A DNA stretch of 56,731 nucleotides from Chitinivibrionales bacterium (GTDB lineage: Bacteria > Fibrobacterota > Chitinivibrionia > Chitinivibrionales > FEN-1185). The stretch is from the NCBI GenBank assembly GCA_049684795.1, contig JBAVGL010000332.1, forward strand, positions 1 to 56,731. The letters run 5' to 3'. Both the position numbers and the translations under genes were made by a program. The notes beneath the pieces are model-generated. The model was not told the DNA's origin. It worked only from the letters and a program-made list of their open reading frames with translations, and ran no database searches. Below, piece after piece: positions 18,915 through 27,267 of the stretch (position 1 is its first letter; each line of letters starts with the position of its first letter).

Positions 18915-20390
18915 TTAAGCGGTTAAAGCTTGATTATATTCGGGTTTTATTTTGGCGTTTTCAAAAATCATGCCCGATTTATCAAACCAGCTATTTTTTG
19001 CCGTTATTTCACGCGCTAATTTTGTATCCCTGGAAAGGAGTTTAAATCCCGCTTCTTCCATAACATCTATCCAATATAATGGTCCTTTACAATTAACATG
19101 ATGCCATCCATCCTGTCCCGGCATTGCGTGAGTCATGGCAACATACTTTCCATTTTGTAAAGTCTTAATCAAATTAGGAAGAAATTTTTCTTCAATATGT
19201 TCCACTACTTCGCAGCACCAAATTAGATCAGCGGGACTTGATAATACGAAAGGCGTTTTTGTTAAGTCACAAACGAAACAATCCTTTAACCCAAGGCTAT
19301 GGCATTTTTGAATGTTCTGATCAAGACCATCGATGCCGATTACTTTTGCATCATGTTCTAAAAACCACCGCGTTGAATATCCTTCACCACAACCAACATC
19401 TAAAACGGTTTTAATATTATACTTCTCAATAAGCCAGTGCCAAAGCGCTGGGAAGAAAGTTCCTGGGTCTCCTCCGCCGTAGTTTCCACCGAGATGCTGT
19501 TGGTCTTTATCTATCACATAGTCAAACGCTTTTGCATATTTACTATTTACTATTTTTTCAAGTATTGTGAATTTAGACCCTTCCTCAATTTCCGAGTCCC
19601 ATTTATTATGCCAATGCCATGAGAAAGCACCCATAAAAAGTTTTTCACTATCGGAACCCTTTTTAAAAGGGTGTGCAGATTCTCCCATGTTGATATACAA
19701 CTGCCATTCAGTATTGAAAAATGCACAAGGAAATACGGTCCAATTTTTATTTATCTTTCTCACTTCCGCGTAAAGGGAAGAACCCCAGTCGGTAGAGTTA
19801 AAACCGGCAGGCATTTTCTTTACCATCTCAAGGCAGTCAATTGATAACTGAGAACCTTTGAACATCCGCATTATTGCACCATTGATTTTGTCAAGTTCGG
19901 TTCCCCACTGATACATAAACTCCTGTTCAAGCAACGGAGCGAGGTCACGCATAAGAACAAGATCGCAGTCGCAATAAACGCCACCGTATTTATACAGGAT
20001 TAACAAACGAAACAAATCTCCACCGAGCCAATTGTTGTCATCATCCCGGTTGAGCAGCCGCCAATTTTCCAGTGGAGTTCCTATGGCCTCTTTTATTGGG
20101 TCATATAAACGAAAATCGATATGCCGTAAAATTGGTTGTAGTAATTCGTTTTTTGTTAAGTCAACGTTTGACCAAAGAACAATACGCACATTTTCAAGGT
20201 TCTGGGTCACTATCGCTGACTTCAACGCAAGTAATGGTTTCCGGTTAAACAGTCTCGGTTCCCTCCAATAAAAATGTATCAATGTTTTATTAGGGTAAAC
20301 GGAATTAGGTATTGATTTACAATACTCAAATGCCTCGTTACCGTCTTGGTACAAAACGTTACCTGCTTCAAAATCAAATATGTCTATCAT
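18915..20390 (-). CDS. Fusion protein: GT32/Caps_synth-like glycosyltransferase plus SAM methyltransferase
   Basis: N-half has FRLLILYKYGGVYCDCDLV (a DXD glycosyltransferase motif). C-half has VLDVGCGEGYSTRWF...VIGIDG (methyltransferase motif I). Confidence 0.7.
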   Translation of the reverse strand: MIDIFDFEAGNVLYQDGNEAFEYCKSIPNSVYPNKTLIHFYWREPRLFNRKPLLALKSAIVTQNLENVRIVLWSNVDLTKNELLQPILRHIDFRLYDPIKEAIGTPLENWRLLNRDDDNNWLGGDLFRLLILYKYGGVYCDCDLVLMRDLAPLLEQEFMYQWGTELDKINGAIMRMFKGSQLSIDCLEMVKKMPAGFNSTDWGSSLYAEVRKINKNWTVFPCAFFNTEWQLYINMGESAHPFKKGSDSEKLFMGAFSWHWHNKWDSEIEEGSKFTILEKIVNSKYAKAFDYVIDKDQQHLGGNYGGGDPGTFFPALWHWLIEKYNIKTVLDVGCGEGYSTRWFLEHDAKVIGIDGLDQNIQKCHSLGLKDCFVCDLTKTPFVLSSPADLIWCCEVVEHIEEKFLPNLIKTLQNGKYVAMTHAMPGQDGWHHVNCKGPLYWIDVMEEAGFKLLSRDTKLAREITAKNSWFDKSGMIFENAKIKPEYNQALTA

Positions 20391-21474
20391 CTTGTACCCT
20401 CTTTATAAGATTGTTCCATTTTAGATATGTATGTTGTTTTTTCTCAGCGTTGAAATTTCGCATGTTATTACTTACTGCTTGTAAATCAGTATGCAGGGCT
20501 TTATAAATCAATTCTTCAAAGCAGTCAAAGTAAATAATATGCGGCATAGACATCGGATTATAGTAGTCGGAGTATTGCATCCAGTTTTTTACTACGTCAT
20601 AGTTATTAAAATCATTCGGATCACCCATTTTTACCATGTTCATATCCTGCATACAAATAACCGAACCCGGAGGGCGACCAAAGGTTGAGTTCCACGATGT
20701 TTGCTCAAGAACCCTGTATTCTTTTCCTTTTTTGTAAAGCTCTATTAAAAAATCAAGAGACGGACAGAATATAGGAATATTTGCCGCGTAATGTTCAAAG
20801 GTTGACATAGTAGAAACGTTATACGGGAAATGCACTACCCCTGAATAATCGGCGACCGTTTGCCATGCGTGACCAAAAGGCAGTGTACTATTTTTATGTT
20901 TAAACATCGTGCCGTTAAACTCATCAAACGGTTTTGCACTATAAACCAAAAATTCCGTCCGCTTCGGGGAATACTTCGCTCCCGTATATTCACATAGTGA
21001 AGGAATCCATTCCACGGGACGGTCAAGAAATGCTTCCGTATACATTTTATCATACAGATTGTTCGCTACAAGATAGATTTTATTTTTGTCAACACCATCT
21101 TGTAAATATGAATTAAAATCCTTCCAATCCTCCGCCGAAGATTGGCAAGGGTATTCATATCGGATGGGAATATCGATGATAATAGGACGAGTATAACGCC
21201 GATATAAATAACTAAATATAGGAGGATAACAGCAAAGAAATGCATCATAGGTTTCAAGCTCCGTATAAGTTTCAAAAAATTCATCCCATGCCTTACGCTG
21301 AACGAACCCGCACCAATTGTTTCCGTCAAGCATTGGGATGCTATCTTGTTTTCGGTTCATTATTACCGCATGCCCACTGAGACACACATCTTCAATCGTA
21401 TGTCCAATATCCCCGAAAATTTTCTTTAGATCAGCTACTACAGAAATATGCTGATCAATGTTAAAAAATTTCAT
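20374..21474 (-). CDS. Hypothetical protein of the glycan island (possible GT-B-like enzyme)
   Basis: 366-aa ORF with 17-nt overlap onto the downstream gene. Only weak resemblance to a GT-B C-terminal region (FEHYAANIPIF). Confidence 0.45.
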   Translation of the reverse strand: MKFFNIDQHISVVADLKKIFGDIGHTIEDVCLSGHAVIMNRKQDSIPMLDGNNWCGFVQRKAWDEFFETYTELETYDAFLCCYPPIFSYLYRRYTRPIIIDIPIRYEYPCQSSAEDWKDFNSYLQDGVDKNKIYLVANNLYDKMYTEAFLDRPVEWIPSLCEYTGAKYSPKRTEFLVYSAKPFDEFNGTMFKHKNSTLPFGHAWQTVADYSGVVHFPYNVSTMSTFEHYAANIPIFCPSLDFLIELYKKGKEYRVLEQTSWNSTFGRPPGSVICMQDMNMVKMGDPNDFNNYDVVKNWMQYSDYYNPMSMPHIIYFDCFEELIYKALHTDLQAVSNNMRNFNAEKKQHTYLKWNNLIKRVQDDRHI

Positions 21475-21489
21475 GCCCTCATCTCCTTG

Positions 21490-22056
21490 TTAAAGATTTT
21501 CACAAAACATTTTTTCACACGGACGTAAGTTATAAAGGTAGTAATAAATTGGGTCATCTATTAGAACTTCTGTTTTTAGAAATGGTTTTATTTCCTCACT
21601 AAACTGCTTGTCTTCCCCGAATGAAGAAAACTCATTAAACATAACCTTTTTTACTATACTACGTTTAATAGGATTCAAATGATTTGGCGTTCTCCAATAT
21701 TCACATCCGGAGGTATACCATCCCGTTGACTCAATAGTATGGAAAAATCTACGCGGACAGTTTCCATTGACAAGCATCACGCCTTGAATACCTACACAAT
21801 CCGGACCCATTGATAATGCGGCAAGAATATGAGAAATATAATTTTTACTTACTAAATCATCATCGTCTACAAAACACACATATTCACCTTTTGCACCACC
21901 AATTAGCCTATTACGTTTACATCCGATAGTAATGCTTTCTTCTTCGTTTGAAATAATTTGAACTTCATTAGTACACTGCCCTAAAAGCAATCTGAAAAGT
22001 CGTTCAAACTTTTCCTTACGCTGGGGAAGAGTACAAATAAGGATTGATAGTTTCAT
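21490..22056 (-). CDS. Family 2 glycosyltransferase
   Basis: LSILICTLPQRKEKFERL and YVCFVDDDDLV are classic GT2 motifs. Start set at MKLSIL, with ATGA overlap onto the upstream stop. Confidence 0.75.
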   Translation of the reverse strand: MKLSILICTLPQRKEKFERLFRLLLGQCTNEVQIISNEEESITIGCKRNRLIGGAKGEYVCFVDDDDLVSKNYISHILAALSMGPDCVGIQGVMLVNGNCPRRFFHTIESTGWYTSGCEYWRTPNHLNPIKRSIVKKVMFNEFSSFGEDKQFSEEIKPFLKTEVLIDDPIYYYLYNLRPCEKMFCENL

Positions 22057-22790
22057 ACGGGTGACCACTCCCCATAACCAATGGAAATTAAATTTCCTGC
22101 AACTATTGAGGCGTACACTTGCGCGTATTTATGCATGTAGTCGTTATTAGCTGCCTGCTGCAATGGGATAAGGCGTTGAAAGGTATTGTCAAAATCCTTA
22201 TTAATTCCCGTTGAGTGATAGTGATGAATAATAACATCATTAATGTAATGCTTTGTTTGTGTAAGTTCTCCGATATGAAACCATACTACATCTATCATAT
22301 CCGCTTTATACATCGGACACATAAACGGTTTTCCAGTACCGTCAATAAACCTTTTGGTGACAAACAAGTTAACGCATAACCGGTCATGCGCTATGTATCC
22401 GTCATCACACCAGAAAACTCCAACACCCTTATACTCATTTATTTTATTAAGAATCTTTGTATCATATCCTCTTGTTTCAAAAACCATATCGTCCCCAAGC
22501 ATCGAAGCAATAAAATCCCTACCACCTTCCAGTTTAGTTACTTCGTTATACATCATATTAAAATATAATGAAAGATCTGGTTGTACGGTTTTTTCTTCTA
22601 CTACAAATATAGGTAAGGTGAGTCTGATTGAATTTATATACTCAAATGTTTTAGTATCTTTTTTATTTATGCAGATGCAAAACTGGATATTATTTACGTC
22701 ATCCGCCATCGCTACCGCGGAGTCAATAAGACGCTTCAACCATTCAACACGTTTAAATGTAGGAACCATGAGCCAAATTTTATTATACAT
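22053..22790 (-). CDS. GT-A fold glycosyltransferase-like protein
   Basis: IWLMVPTFKRVEWLKRLIDS and MLGDDMVF (DD motif) resemble GT2-type enzymes. Confidence 0.55.
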   Translation of the reverse strand: MYNKIWLMVPTFKRVEWLKRLIDSAVAMADDVNNIQFCICINKKDTKTFEYINSIRLTLPIFVVEEKTVQPDLSLYFNMMYNEVTKLEGGRDFIASMLGDDMVFETRGYDTKILNKINEYKGVGVFWCDDGYIAHDRLCVNLFVTKRFIDGTGKPFMCPMYKADMIDVVWFHIGELTQTKHYINDVIIHHYHSTGINKDFDNTFQRLIPLQQAANNDYMHKYAQVYASIVAGNLISIGYGEWSPV

Positions 22791-23481
22791 TGTGCACCTC
22801 TTCTACTTCACATCGGTCGGCGTCTTTATCGTGGAAAACCATCCCCACATAACCATCCCGTTTAAGCTTTATAGTTAATGGTCTTTCCCTACCTGTAAAG
22901 TTAAAATAATTATCGTGAGCGATATGACATTTTTCGATGAATGGCCAAATTATATTACCAAGGAATATTTGATCCGTCCCATGATATATACCACGGGGAT
23001 TTTTACTATCCGGTTTTATTTCTTTTATCCATCCGTCCATAAGGAGTTTAAAATGTGGGATTATTCCAGCGACTGAACCCCACATACCGCCACATATACG
23101 AATATTATGCTCATTATTATCACGGATGATATGAAAAAGAAGTTTACTTTCTTCCCATTCCTTGACCGCCTGCGCTTCTCGCATGTTAAGGCGTGAGTCC
23201 GTATCCCGTACTATAAAACGTTCAATTGTTGGATCATCAAACATTGGCTCAAAGCGCCAATATAACCCCATACAGTCATTAGATTCCGGTTTGTGAATTA
23301 TTTCCATCCCAAGATCATATAATTCAGCGAGCGTTATCCTGGGTACTAAAGGATCAACGTAAAATCTTCCAACCCAACCAGGATAGATTTTTGGAATAAG
23401 TCTTGCATTTTCTACCGCCCCATGGCAGTAGCCTTCATTGTTTCCCCAAACGGAAAACGATATTACTTTTTTGTTTTTCAT
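22783..23481 (-). CDS. Putative glycosyltransferase (DxD-type)
   Basis: 232-aa ORF. VISFSVWGNN...YCHGAVENA and FIVRDTDSR resemble small sugar-transferase families. Low certainty. Confidence 0.45.
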   Translation of the reverse strand: MKNKKVISFSVWGNNEGYCHGAVENARLIPKIYPGWVGRFYVDPLVPRITLAELYDLGMEIIHKPESNDCMGLYWRFEPMFDDPTIERFIVRDTDSRLNMREAQAVKEWEESKLLFHIIRDNNEHNIRICGGMWGSVAGIIPHFKLLMDGWIKEIKPDSKNPRGIYHGTDQIFLGNIIWPFIEKCHIAHDNYFNFTGRERPLTIKLKRDGYVGMVFHDKDADRCEVEEVHNV

Positions 23482-23486
23482 GCCCT

Positions 23487-23975
23487 CTACCTCACTTGAT
23501 TAAGTTGTCGTACTATTTCAGCTGATAATATTTCAGGACCATACCTCGCGTAATCCTCTATTATATGTAAACGTTTCGGAATATTATGCCTTCGTGGTGC
23601 TCCCGGTTCATGTTTTGGTTGTAACCGGCGCCACGCTGCCTTATTAGTAACGTTTGCCGGATACGTTCCATCCCAATCTTTAGAACCTGTTTGGTGTACA
23701 AGTGCATAAGTTTCCTCAGCCCTTAATTTTGTTACTATATCACCACCAACATTCTGAGGAGGAATAACATACCAATTACGGCGTAAATGATTATTTATAA
23801 CCGATACGGAAGCCTGTCCCGTAGGTCCGGACATCTGTTCACGCTGTATTTTTGCAAGAAATAATTCAAGACCGTGAACCATTCCTTTAGTCATAGCGTT
23901 TATTATTTTTTCTTTTACTTCGGGTATAGCACTTCTAAGTGCATCGATACCAGTTATGTCAAGTGTAATTGACAT
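23487..23975 (-). CDS. HK97 gp10-like head-tail joining / tail completion protein
   Basis: 162 aa. NNHLRRNWYV resembles the tGnLrrS motif of the HK97 gp10 family. Sits in the head-tail joining position. Confidence 0.55.
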   Translation of the reverse strand: MSITLDITGIDALRSAIPEVKEKIINAMTKGMVHGLELFLAKIQREQMSGPTGQASVSVINNHLRRNWYVIPPQNVGGDIVTKLRAEETYALVHQTGSKDWDGTYPANVTNKAAWRRLQPKHEPGAPRRHNIPKRLHIIEDYARYGPEILSAEIVRQLNQVR

Positions 23976-24817
23976 TAGAAACTCATTCTTCTATGGTGTG
24001 CAATCATCATGGTGACTTCCGCCTCAAGCTCATTCGCTGGGAGGGAACCTTTGGTACGTCTTCGTAATGAGGTTCCGTCCTTGTGTATTGCTTCCTGCTC
24101 AAAACGGTCTTTATTTTTAAACATATACCTCAATTGCAATTCTACACCGCGCACTATTTCTGGATAGGATTCAGCGAGCGCAAGACTTGATGCCGTATTA
24201 TAAACTGCTGTTGCTGTACTCGATCCCGCTGAGTCTTCAGTATCCCATTGCTGCAATGTTTCCCCAGTGAGAAAACGCCCATACAATACTTCGATGGTCA
24301 ATGTTGATACTCCAACAGCATTAACCAAACCTACCGCGTTGCTTGTTGCTCCGAAGCAGAACTTTCCAACTGACCATGATCCGATAAATGTTACATTGTA
24401 AATTGACAATACCGCGCTGTTAGCCATTCCACCATCATACGTTGCCATGAATCCATTTTTAGATTCAAATGGGCGAGCGAAGTTTATCGTGATAGCAGCC
24501 CCGTTGACGCTGGGATGATAGGAAATGGCTGATAACTGTGACTGTCCACCGATCCACATACCCGTTGAATCCGTCCACGCGGATTCTATATTTGTTACCG
24601 GGTAGTATGTTGGATAAAATTCAAACGTATGGTACCTAACATCAAAGTATTCTACGAAAGCTGTTTGCATCTGTAATTTACGATTTAACCAATTTTCCAC
24701 CGTGTCCGATACCGAGGGAATCCATGACGTAAGCGCTCGTCTATTGGTGCTGTTGTTTGTCATCACGGAATCACCACCGCAATATCGGAGACATCGTTGA
24801 TATGATGTTAGGTCCAT
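23975..24817 (-). CDS. Head-tail connector (gp6-like) with an inserted domain
   Basis: The N-terminal VSDTVENWLNRKL and C-terminal PEIVRGVELQLRYMFKNKD helices resemble gp6-like connectors. About 100 extra beta-rich residues lie between them. Confidence 0.5.
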   Translation of the reverse strand: MDLTSYQRCLRYCGGDSVMTNNSTNRRALTSWIPSVSDTVENWLNRKLQMQTAFVEYFDVRYHTFEFYPTYYPVTNIESAWTDSTGMWIGGQSQLSAISYHPSVNGAAITINFARPFESKNGFMATYDGGMANSAVLSIYNVTFIGSWSVGKFCFGATSNAVGLVNAVGVSTLTIEVLYGRFLTGETLQQWDTEDSAGSSTATAVYNTASSLALAESYPEIVRGVELQLRYMFKNKDRFEQEAIHKDGTSLRRRTKGSLPANELEAEVTMMIAHHRRMSF

Positions 24818-24829
24818 TATTATTTATCC

Positions 24830-25168
24830 TTAAAGACTACTTACTTTTTTAGGAAAAGAAAGTGTAGTAGTATTATTCTGGTTTTCTTTTTCGTGAAAAT
24901 GATTATATCTCTCAACATTAGGATCAGTGCTCGGATTTTCTTTTGCAAATTGAGTAGCATCATTGTTTGATTTACTAACTTGCTTCTTAACAAGCTCACT
25001 CAATTTCTTAACCTGTTCTCCCAAAGAAGGGCTATCGATAAACATTTTATGGTCCGGTTTTATAGCGTAAATCTCGCATAATAGAAAATTAATTTGACTG
25101 TTAAGTGCTGTGATCACCCTCGCTTGTCTTACTACCTTATCGTTCCGTGTTACCTCACTCATACTCAT
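24830..25168 (-). CDS. Hypothetical protein
   Basis: Start set at MSMSEVT, preceded by GAGGAGGG. Helical and K/N-rich, with no recognised motif. Confidence 0.4.
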   Translation of the reverse strand: MSMSEVTRNDKVVRQARVITALNSQINFLLCEIYAIKPDHKMFIDSPSLGEQVKKLSELVKKQVSKSNNDATQFAKENPSTDPNVERYNHFHEKENQNNTTTLSFPKKVSSL

Positions 25169-25331
25169 TGCCCTCCTCAAAATGATTAATATGAACTACC
25201 TTTGTGTTTTTAAGTATTGCAATTTGGTTTTCAAAATCAATCTTCAAATGTAAAGACAGCACTTCCGCCTGAAGCATGGCTCTTCGCTTAGCTAATCTCA
25301 ACTGATACCATTTTAAAATTTGTTCCAGCAT
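25155..25331 (-). CDS. Small hypothetical protein
   Basis: Start set at the internal Met (MLEQILKWY), because the track start lies inside a hairpin. No clear RBS. Confidence 0.25.
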   Translation of the reverse strand: MLEQILKWYQLRLAKRRAMLQAEVLSLHLKIDFENQIAILKNTKVVHINHFEEGNEYE

Positions 25332-25343
25332 ATTTTTAATAAT

Positions 25344-25372
25344 GGTGGGCCTTGCACCCACCTGGTTTTTTT
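25344..25372. terminator. Hairpin with flanking A/T runs (possible bidirectional intrinsic terminator after the capsid genes)
   Basis: GGTGGG-ccttgca-CCCACC (25344-25362), followed on the plus strand by tggttttttt and on the minus strand by attattaaaaat. Confidence 0.4.
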
Positions 25373-25381
25373 GTTAACCGA

Positions 25382-25825
25382 TTACTGTCCCGTCACCCAG
25401 AATGTAGGGTTGTTTCCAACTGGCGCATTATCGGGCTTGCCACCAATCAGATCTGCGCATACCGACAAGGTCGCCGCCACCGGGCTTGCCTGTAGTCTCA
25501 AAGCCAAGTACTGTTTATAGTTCTTGACTTCAATACCGGCAACAAAAACTTGCTCGGTAGTAGTTCCGGTAATAACGCCGAAATCCGCCCCCGTTATCGG
25601 GATCAAGGAGGCGTCACCGTCCATCGTCTGTTGCTCATACAGCTTTGCACTGAGAGTAACGGTTCCCGCAAAAGCACCAACTTGTAGGCGAACAATAGCG
25701 GAATCAAAGTTCGCTACGTTAACATGCGCCCCGAAAGAAACCCCACCTCCCGTTGAAAGGATGTTAGGAGCGTACAACTTAACCGGCTGTACACTTTCTA
25801 TCAGGGTAGGTATTTGCTGACTCAT
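25382..25825 (-). CDS. Virion-associated protein downstream of the capsid gene (possible decoration protein)
   Basis: 147-aa beta-rich ORF immediately after the major capsid gene. Called by position only. Confidence 0.4.
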   Translation of the reverse strand: MSQQIPTLIESVQPVKLYAPNILSTGGGVSFGAHVNVANFDSAIVRLQVGAFAGTVTLSAKLYEQQTMDGDASLIPITGADFGVITGTTTEQVFVAGIEVKNYKQYLALRLQASPVAATLSVCADLIGGKPDNAPVGNNPTFWVTGQ

Positions 25826-25876
25826 ATTTGTAAACCCTTTTTTTCTTTAACAGCCCTCTTTACAAAACACTATCGA

Positions 25877-27265
25877 TTAAAGACTCGTGGGCCAGTTGGC
25901 TTCCGTGGTCTCACAACCGCTAACCATGGTCATCGCCGAATTACGCATAAGCTGGGTGTCAAACTCGTGGAAAGCCACAATATAAATCTGATCATCCAGC
26001 AGGGCGGAACCCGTAGCGCCATCGGAGGCGACATCCGATACTTTCAGAATAAAATCCCTCCACATACCGAGCCAGAACAAATCCCAGTTACCAAAGATAA
26101 CCGAAGAAGTGGTGGTCGAAGTGGTGCTCGTTCCAGTAGGGCCGGTTTCATTTGCAGGAATCAACGTGGTCGCCGCGAAGGGATACCCGAGCTGCTCCTC
26201 AAATATTTTATCCGTCATCAGCAAGTTCATCGGAAGGACGGGTTGACCGTTATTTGAGTTTTGACCATTCCATTGCGTGATACGTTCCCGTTTCATTCCC
26301 ATCTTGACGCGGGGGTGCATCAGGAAACCCCATTTTCCACCAGGAGTCGTCATTTCATCCACACACTCCAAGTCGGTAATCATCTGGGAGGCGTTGTCAA
26401 TACGGAAACGGCTTGCGGCCTGAGGAAGCACACCAGAAGTTCCAGCGGAGGAAGGAGTCATTACACTTTTAAACTGATAAATTCCTTTTGGCTGAAAACC
26501 CGAACCTGCGCCACCGATCATCATTTGTTCAATCTTCTTTTTCATCGTATACGTCAAGTCATCCCGTATGATCTTATCAGAAACACCGCGAGACTGATAG
26601 ATCAAACGATTGCTCTGCTTTGTAAACGCCGCTACCTTTTTCGGGCGAAGCGTAATCTCACCGTATTGAACATTTGACGGAGATGGTTTTGCATTTTCCC
26701 CAACCATGTACGCCTGGGTACGGGACGTTTTTGTCGGAACCGGCAAGTCACCCATAAGACCCTTTATCACGTTGACACCAAGGGACATCATAGGCATTGC
26801 CTGCACTACCATATCAACAAACTGATCCGACACTTCATCCGGAATCAAATATCCTCCACCAGCGCCGGTAATGGCATTATTAGCACCTACAGTAGCATCC
26901 CGCAGTTTCATACCAGATATAATCATTTCCTTTTCATAGCCAGCATCTTTCCATGGATTGCCTTCGCCTGCACCAACAAGGCCCTTTGCCATAACATGCT
27001 CACGGTACATAGCGCAACAAACAAGGCCCAAGTCAAATTTCTTTTTCTTGAGCTCTTCCTGGGCACCAGGGATATGACGAGCATCGGCAAGCTTCATCTG
27101 CTCGGTGATTGAATTGATAGTCTTCTTCACACCGTCAAGTTCGGTTTCAAGAGCCTTACGGGCAACATCAGCCTTGTCTCCGCTCTCTTTTACGATGTTC
27201 TGAATAGCGGAGGTTATTTTCCCCTCCCACTCAGTCATCGACTTTTTAAGTGTTTCAAGGTCCAT
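25877..27265 (-). CDS. Major capsid protein, HK97 fold
   Basis: 462 aa with an N-terminal coiled-coil delta-like region. It follows the prohead protease gene after a 2-nt gap. Contains a GPTGTSTTSTTTSS tract. Confidence 0.8.
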   Translation of the reverse strand: MDLETLKKSMTEWEGKITSAIQNIVKESGDKADVARKALETELDGVKKTINSITEQMKLADARHIPGAQEELKKKKFDLGLVCCAMYREHVMAKGLVGAGEGNPWKDAGYEKEMIISGMKLRDATVGANNAITGAGGGYLIPDEVSDQFVDMVVQAMPMMSLGVNVIKGLMGDLPVPTKTSRTQAYMVGENAKPSPSNVQYGEITLRPKKVAAFTKQSNRLIYQSRGVSDKIIRDDLTYTMKKKIEQMMIGGAGSGFQPKGIYQFKSVMTPSSAGTSGVLPQAASRFRIDNASQMITDLECVDEMTTPGGKWGFLMHPRVKMGMKRERITQWNGQNSNNGQPVLPMNLLMTDKIFEEQLGYPFAATTLIPANETGPTGTSTTSTTTSSVIFGNWDLFWLGMWRDFILKVSDVASDGATGSALLDDQIYIVAFHEFDTQLMRNSAMTMVSGCETTEANWPTSL

Positions 27266-27267
27266 AA

